A stretch of DNA of 64,000 nt. Origin: Picochlorum sp. SENEW3 (taxonomy: Eukaryota). Location: contig CP120453.1 of NCBI GenBank assembly GCA_034226945.1, positions 868,001-932,000 of the forward strand, in the 5' to 3' direction. Positions 59,292 through 64,000 of the stretch are shown here, one piece after another (within the stretch, counting starts at the first letter, position 1; every line of letters starts with the position of its first letter). The notes beneath the pieces are model-generated. The model had not been told where the DNA came from and made no database searches. It was given only the letters and a program-made list of their open reading frames with translations. The translations under genes were made by a program, and so were the position numbers.

Positions 59292-59810
59292 ATGTTCAAC
59301 CTTGGACATACACGCAGCGATTTATATGTTGTGATTACAAAAAATAGCTATGGTTCAAGTCCGGTGCGGCCGAGTAGGGTTCTCTGTGGAAGGAGGCGTG
59401 CTACTTGTCTCGGGAGGTCAGTTCCACGCCTTGGAGGGCTGAACCCAGCGAAAAGAGGACTTACATGTACTTGCTATAGTGTATTAGATGTCTCTGATTC
59501 CGCGACGTCGTCGATAATGCTGGCTGGTCAGATTGCTTCTGCCCTTGCCTGGACTGCGGTGGCATGGATTGGATACCAACTCGTGTTACAGAGCGGCAAT
59601 GGAGAACCTGGAGCTCGAGAATGCGAAACATGTGGAGGTACTGGCGTTGTAGATTGTTTCTGTACACGATGGAGTGATGGGGACAGTCGTGGGTGTGGAA
59701 CATGTGGGGGTAGTTTAAAGATGGCCTGCAGCAGCTGTGGTGGTGGCGGTACTGCTGTGCCAATCCTGGGCAAGGTGTACATTAAGGACGAAAAAGACTA
59801 TAGGCTCTAA
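59292..59810 (+). CDS. DnaJ-like zinc-finger membrane protein, probably plastid
   Basis: One TM followed by CETCGGTG, CFC, CGTCGGS, CSSCGGGG. Confidence 0.8.
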   Translation: MFNLGHTRSDLYVVITKNSYGSSPVRPSRVLCGRRRATCLGRSVPRLGGLNPAKRGLTCTCYSVLDVSDSATSSIMLAGQIASALAWTAVAWIGYQLVLQSGNGEPGARECETCGGTGVVDCFCTRWSDGDSRGCGTCGGSLKMACSSCGGGGTAVPILGKVYIKDEKDYRL

Positions 59811-59942
59811 ATTGTTATTTATTTATTGTATATTATCATGCATATATGAGTAGATTGTAATGCACATGTGTTGGACATTTGAAAATTCTTCTGAGAACCA
59901 TTTTAAACAAACAAAAAAAAAAACAGAGACCATTAATGTTGT

Positions 59943-60829
59943 TTATGATCCAGGCATTGGGATGGATTGAGGGTGCTTACTCGGCGATAGTACGTAGTTC
60001 AATCCATAGAGTAATGGATTTTCAATTGGAGGATCTCGGAGCTGGACATTGTCTACTGTATGCTCATAGATTTTCCCCTTCTTGTCCAGTTTGTATGTAG
60101 AAATCCCATCTATTCGGCCTTCTGCTTCCCACCATACTCGAGGATATCCATTTACTTGCCACCTCATCTTAATTATGTACTCTTCTGGCTGCCATATTCT
60201 CAAAATATCGACATGCATGTGCTTGAAAAAAAGCTGTCCATGGAATCTCAAGGACCACAATATAATCTTGTAATTCTTAATGCCCCTAAACTCCAATCTA
60301 GAATCCTTGAATACGATATCCTCGCGATAAATACTATCTGCAAAACAAGTATACGGTCAACTACCATTAGGAGACACTGCCTTCTTCTAACCTCACCAAT
60401 CAACGTACAGTCAAACTCTTTTCGAAACAGTTGAGGAATATCTTCCCTCAAAGTTCGTATAGCATCGCCCATATTTGCATAATAATCCTCTTCCTTGTCC
60501 TCCTGGGGATCAGGCGACGTACGTTTCGCAGAAAATTCGGCACTCTTCGTTTCTGTGGCTTCCAAGAAGGGCACGGTCGAGAGAGTCGCCCCTCGACATG
60601 TATCTAACACAGCCATGCCTGGAACAAAGATTTCACATCTCTGTATTCCATCTAATCTATAGGAAGAGTCCGTTCCAATATGCTGCGTTTGGTCTCGTCG
60701 ACCACGGAAGACAGCATCGCCAGTCCTTGTCTGAGGCACCCACGGATGCAGGGATGCCTGTTCACATTGTACTCTTCCTCTAATATATTGCGAATTTTTA
60801 TGCAGAAGAGTTCCACCTACCCTCCTCAT
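59943..60829 (-). CDS. DUF2358/SnoaL-like plastid protein (one intron)
   Basis: YYANMGDAIRTLREDIP.LF, FRGIKNY, MRW...GYPRVWW, DGISTYKLD..GKIYEH.VD. Confidence 0.8.
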
Positions 60830-61266
60830 CGGAAAGATGGGCACGGAGAATTCAGCAGACCCGAGCAACAGTTCAACGCTCTCTTCAATTGTCGACTCCA
60901 ACACAAATTCAATTGAAAAGAACAATAATTACATTAAATTGTACCACTCGGGCACTTTCTTGTGACTATAACCTGGTGTCGACAGATTTGTGGATGATAC
61001 TTGACTCCACACAGGACTAGATGCATCTGGTCCAGCTGGCACACTCGTGACAGGCATAGTACACGTTTCACATTCATTGTTAAGGAGGTAGAAAGAGTCT
61101 CAGGCTCTGAAGCTACCCTATCCATGAAGGAGTGCCATGCATGAGCAGAAGGTTGATATCATATGTTCATGCAGTTCAGTAGTACCACGCCATCACCCTA
61201 ATGCTGCGACTTTATATCACACACGCTTGATAAAAACACGTAAAATTTATATATGATAGTAATTTT

Positions 61267-62211
61267 ATGAAGATGGAGGGAATTGAAAGGAAGAAAGCGT
61301 CAGCTTTCTTGCTAGCTACAAATGAGTTGATGGCTGAGAATTTTCAACGCGACATGGATAGGATGCGCAAAGAACTACGTCAAGTAAAGTTTGAGAATCA
61401 TATATTGAGGATAAAATGCGGTGATATTGCTGAAATTCTCACAGCAGAGGACAGTCTGTTACAAAAGGATGGAGACGTTTCTGCCTTTAAAACAAGCATT
61501 GCGTCTTGGGGAGAGGTTAGTGCCTTTCTACCTGAGAGACAAGTCAGATTTTTCAAAAAAATCTTCTTGTTTGCCATTCAGTCTGAAATAGTACGGAAGC
61601 GCGATGCAGGGGAGCTTATTTTCGATATCATGTCTCCTATATCTGCCCTGAGAGCCATGGTGAATGAATACTTGTCTCGTCAAGTGTGCATTTCTCAGAC
61701 AGAGTTGAATGATTTTCGAAATTTGATATGCTCTATGATTTGTCTGCGAGAATACAATATTAGACATGACGATATGCAAGGGATTGTGGAGATTTTCAAA
61801 AATGTGATTCTTCTGACATGCAACAACTGTCCAGCAGCTGACAGTTTCTTGGGAGTCCTCATGGGGAACTGCGTCTCTGGAATTTTCACTACCTACGTTG
61901 CATGTCAGATGTGTGAAGAAGTATCAGATAGTTTGGTGGGCCAGTCACTCGGAATGGCAGCTGCCATGGATAGCACACCCAAGTTACTTTATTGTTTGGT
62001 TCGCATATGTCAGGCATGCCTGTCAAATTTATCAGAGTGGTGCCGACAAACGGATCCCAAAGAGGTGATGATCGAAGATATTGCGAATAATGTCTCGAAA
62101 ATATCTGGCCATTGTGATGTTCTAAGTGCTATGTATCCAGAGGCAGCAATTGAGGGCAAGAGGTGCTCTTGCATTCTGGTTGCCTGCCTTCAGGCTATGC
62201 AACAATACTGA
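61267..62211 (+). CDS. Uncharacterised protein, N-terminal coiled coil then helical Cys-rich region
   Basis: Intact 314-aa intronless ORF filling the gap between genes; no family recognised. Confidence 0.6.
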   Translation: MKMEGIERKKASAFLLATNELMAENFQRDMDRMRKELRQVKFENHILRIKCGDIAEILTAEDSLLQKDGDVSAFKTSIASWGEVSAFLPERQVRFFKKIFLFAIQSEIVRKRDAGELIFDIMSPISALRAMVNEYLSRQVCISQTELNDFRNLICSMICLREYNIRHDDMQGIVEIFKNVILLTCNNCPAADSFLGVLMGNCVSGIFTTYVACQMCEEVSDSLVGQSLGMAAAMDSTPKLLYCLVRICQACLSNLSEWCRQTDPKEVMIEDIANNVSKISGHCDVLSAMYPEAAIEGKRCSCILVACLQAMQQY

Positions 62212-62254
62212 GACTCGTGAGTATGTCTTTTTACAAAATATCATTATTATGTCT

Positions 62255-64000
62255 TTATTTCAAATCCAATGTAAGTCCTTTCTGGATTTGACCCCATCCA
62301 ATCAGTCTCCAGTGCTTTTCCACCCTTCTGCTCAAGGCAATCTTTTCACCCTCTTTAGTGCACACTGGTGATGTTAATTGAAGCTTTGCCAAATCATGTT
62401 TGACAGCCAAAACCCTTGCTCCAGTACACATAGATCCAATATTCAACATTAAAATCTCATTCTTGCTCAATTTGCTGACCTTTCCTTGCTTCTGCTCTCC
62501 CTGAGTTCGAACTCCCAACAAGCGCCTCAACAAAAAGAAGTTGATCTCTAGTTCCGTGAAAACATCTGGTAATGCGCCCACCTCTCCTAAAACTTGTCCA
62601 ACAAGACGATCTGCTCTAGTTAATGTTGGATCGACGGCAGTTCCTACGCCGATCAGGCCACCAGGGACAGCATATTGGAGAGAGTTTTGCTCTGCAAACA
62701 AGGAAACAATTCTGGAAAAGATTGGAATACACTTGATTGCACCTGATGAGTCCTTTGTGACAATACCAGGTCTAATCTCGATTTCTTGCCCGTTTCTCAA
62801 TACACCCTGTAACGCACGAGGTAAAGAGTTTAAAAATTGGCTCAAACAGTGCATTCTTTGAACAGAATTTTGCAGTGTGGATTGAGCTGCAAATTCAGAT
62901 GATAATCCTTTCGCTCACCAAAAGGCACCGCATTCAATCTACCTTAGCGTGACGAGAGGCTCCTTCATACCATTCTCAGGAGCCTCTGCTTTTTGCTAGG
63001 CATACAAGCAAAACAAAAATTTTGAGGACGCACCTGGAGAATACTGCCACCTGCAACCCCACCTTTCAGATCATCAACCTCTGAACCCGGTTTGTTAACG
63101 TCAAATGATCTAATGACAATCATTTGAGGAGGAGAGGTGAAATCTCTAACTGGAACTGGAATTTTCTTCACTATATATTCACACACAGCATCGATATTAT
63201 ACTTGAGTTGTGCTGAGATTGGAACTATTGGGGCAGACTCAGCAATAGTTCCTTGAATAAACCTCGAGATTGACTCATGCTGATTTAAAGCTACTGCTTC
63301 GGTCACCAAATCGACTTTATTTTGAAGAATGATGATGTGCTCAAGTCTCATAATTTCAACAGCAGCTAAATGTTCAGACGTTTGAGGCTGTGGACAGGGT
63401 TCATTGGCCGCAATCAGAAGCAAAGCGCCATCCATTACAGCTGCTCCATTCAACATTGTTGCCATGAGAATATCGTGCCCTGGGCAATCAACAAAAGAGA
63501 CGTGTCGCAGAAGCTCCATCTCTGCTTCCTCAAACCCAGGAACTTCACACTTGGGAGAGTCTTCTTTGGAACTTCCATACGCACGGTACTTGGATGGCCT
63601 AGGACATTTTGGATCTTTGCATGCATAAATTTTAGCATTTGCATACCCAAGCTTAATCGTAATATTACGCTCTAACTCGTTCTTGAAACGAACAGTTTGG
63701 ACGCCAGAGATGGCCTTTACCACAGTCGACTTACCATGAGCCACATGCCCAATTGTACCTATAGAAAGGACAATCGCAATCAGTTTATTAAATCCATCAT
63801 CTCAGAGCCTTGAATTACGCATGATCTCTCGTACCGATATTTATAGTCGCCTGACGTGAAATGACTTCTGGGGAGAGTGGTGTCAACTTTGACACGTCCA
63901 GAGTGAGCAAATCCTACAGCAAATAGTCATTGTTGGAGAAAATCGACTTCGCAATACGGATATATGCGCATGCCAAGGTGTACCTGCTCCATCAGGCCCG
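62255..64000 (-). CDS. EIF2G: Translation initiation factor 2 gamma (5' end runs off window), multi-exon
   Basis: [50 protein letters not shown]. Confidence 0.97.
62935..63002 (-). ncRNA. Candidate intronic H/ACA-type pseudouridylation guide hairpin
   Basis: Perfect 10-bp upper stem, pocket AAAAAGC/CGTCAC, lower stem, AGA 14 nt after upper stem; lies in the ~224-nt eIF2-gamma intron. Confidence 0.65.

Noticed and set aside
1..64000. tRNA, rRNA, spliceosomal snRNA, CRISPR array, transposase or viral genes
   Set aside because: No signature motifs seen by eye; short or divergent RNAs could have been missed.

Overview
Gene-dense eukaryotic nuclear DNA from a compact green alga. Evidence: short GT-AG introns (~45-90 nt), TGTAA poly(A) signals, many plastid-targeted genes and chlorophyte-type LPAAT2 and tandem ARSA1. 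A Picochlorum-like trebouxiophyte is my inference. About 42 protein genes are supported. Four spliced genes are invisible in the ORF track and were rebuilt by hand: QCR8, COX17, a 78-aa tail-anchored-type protein and a 164-aa secreted Cys-rich GPI-type protein. No rRNA, tRNA, CRISPR or intact transposon was seen. The main leads are: (1) a single gene fusing an FGGY pentulose kinase to a complete ribulose-5-phosphate 3-epimerase; (2) a probable bicistronic COX17-DCN1 unit with a 12-nt inter-ORF gap; (3) two H/ACA-type guide RNAs, one intergenic and one in an eIF2-gamma intron; (4) two tandem orphan cell-surface genes separated by a chain of overlapping palindromes; (5) an ATG2 that stops before its ATG_C tail; (6) recurring palindrome chains in intergenic DNA. 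All family calls rest on motif recognition from memory, not on database searches.
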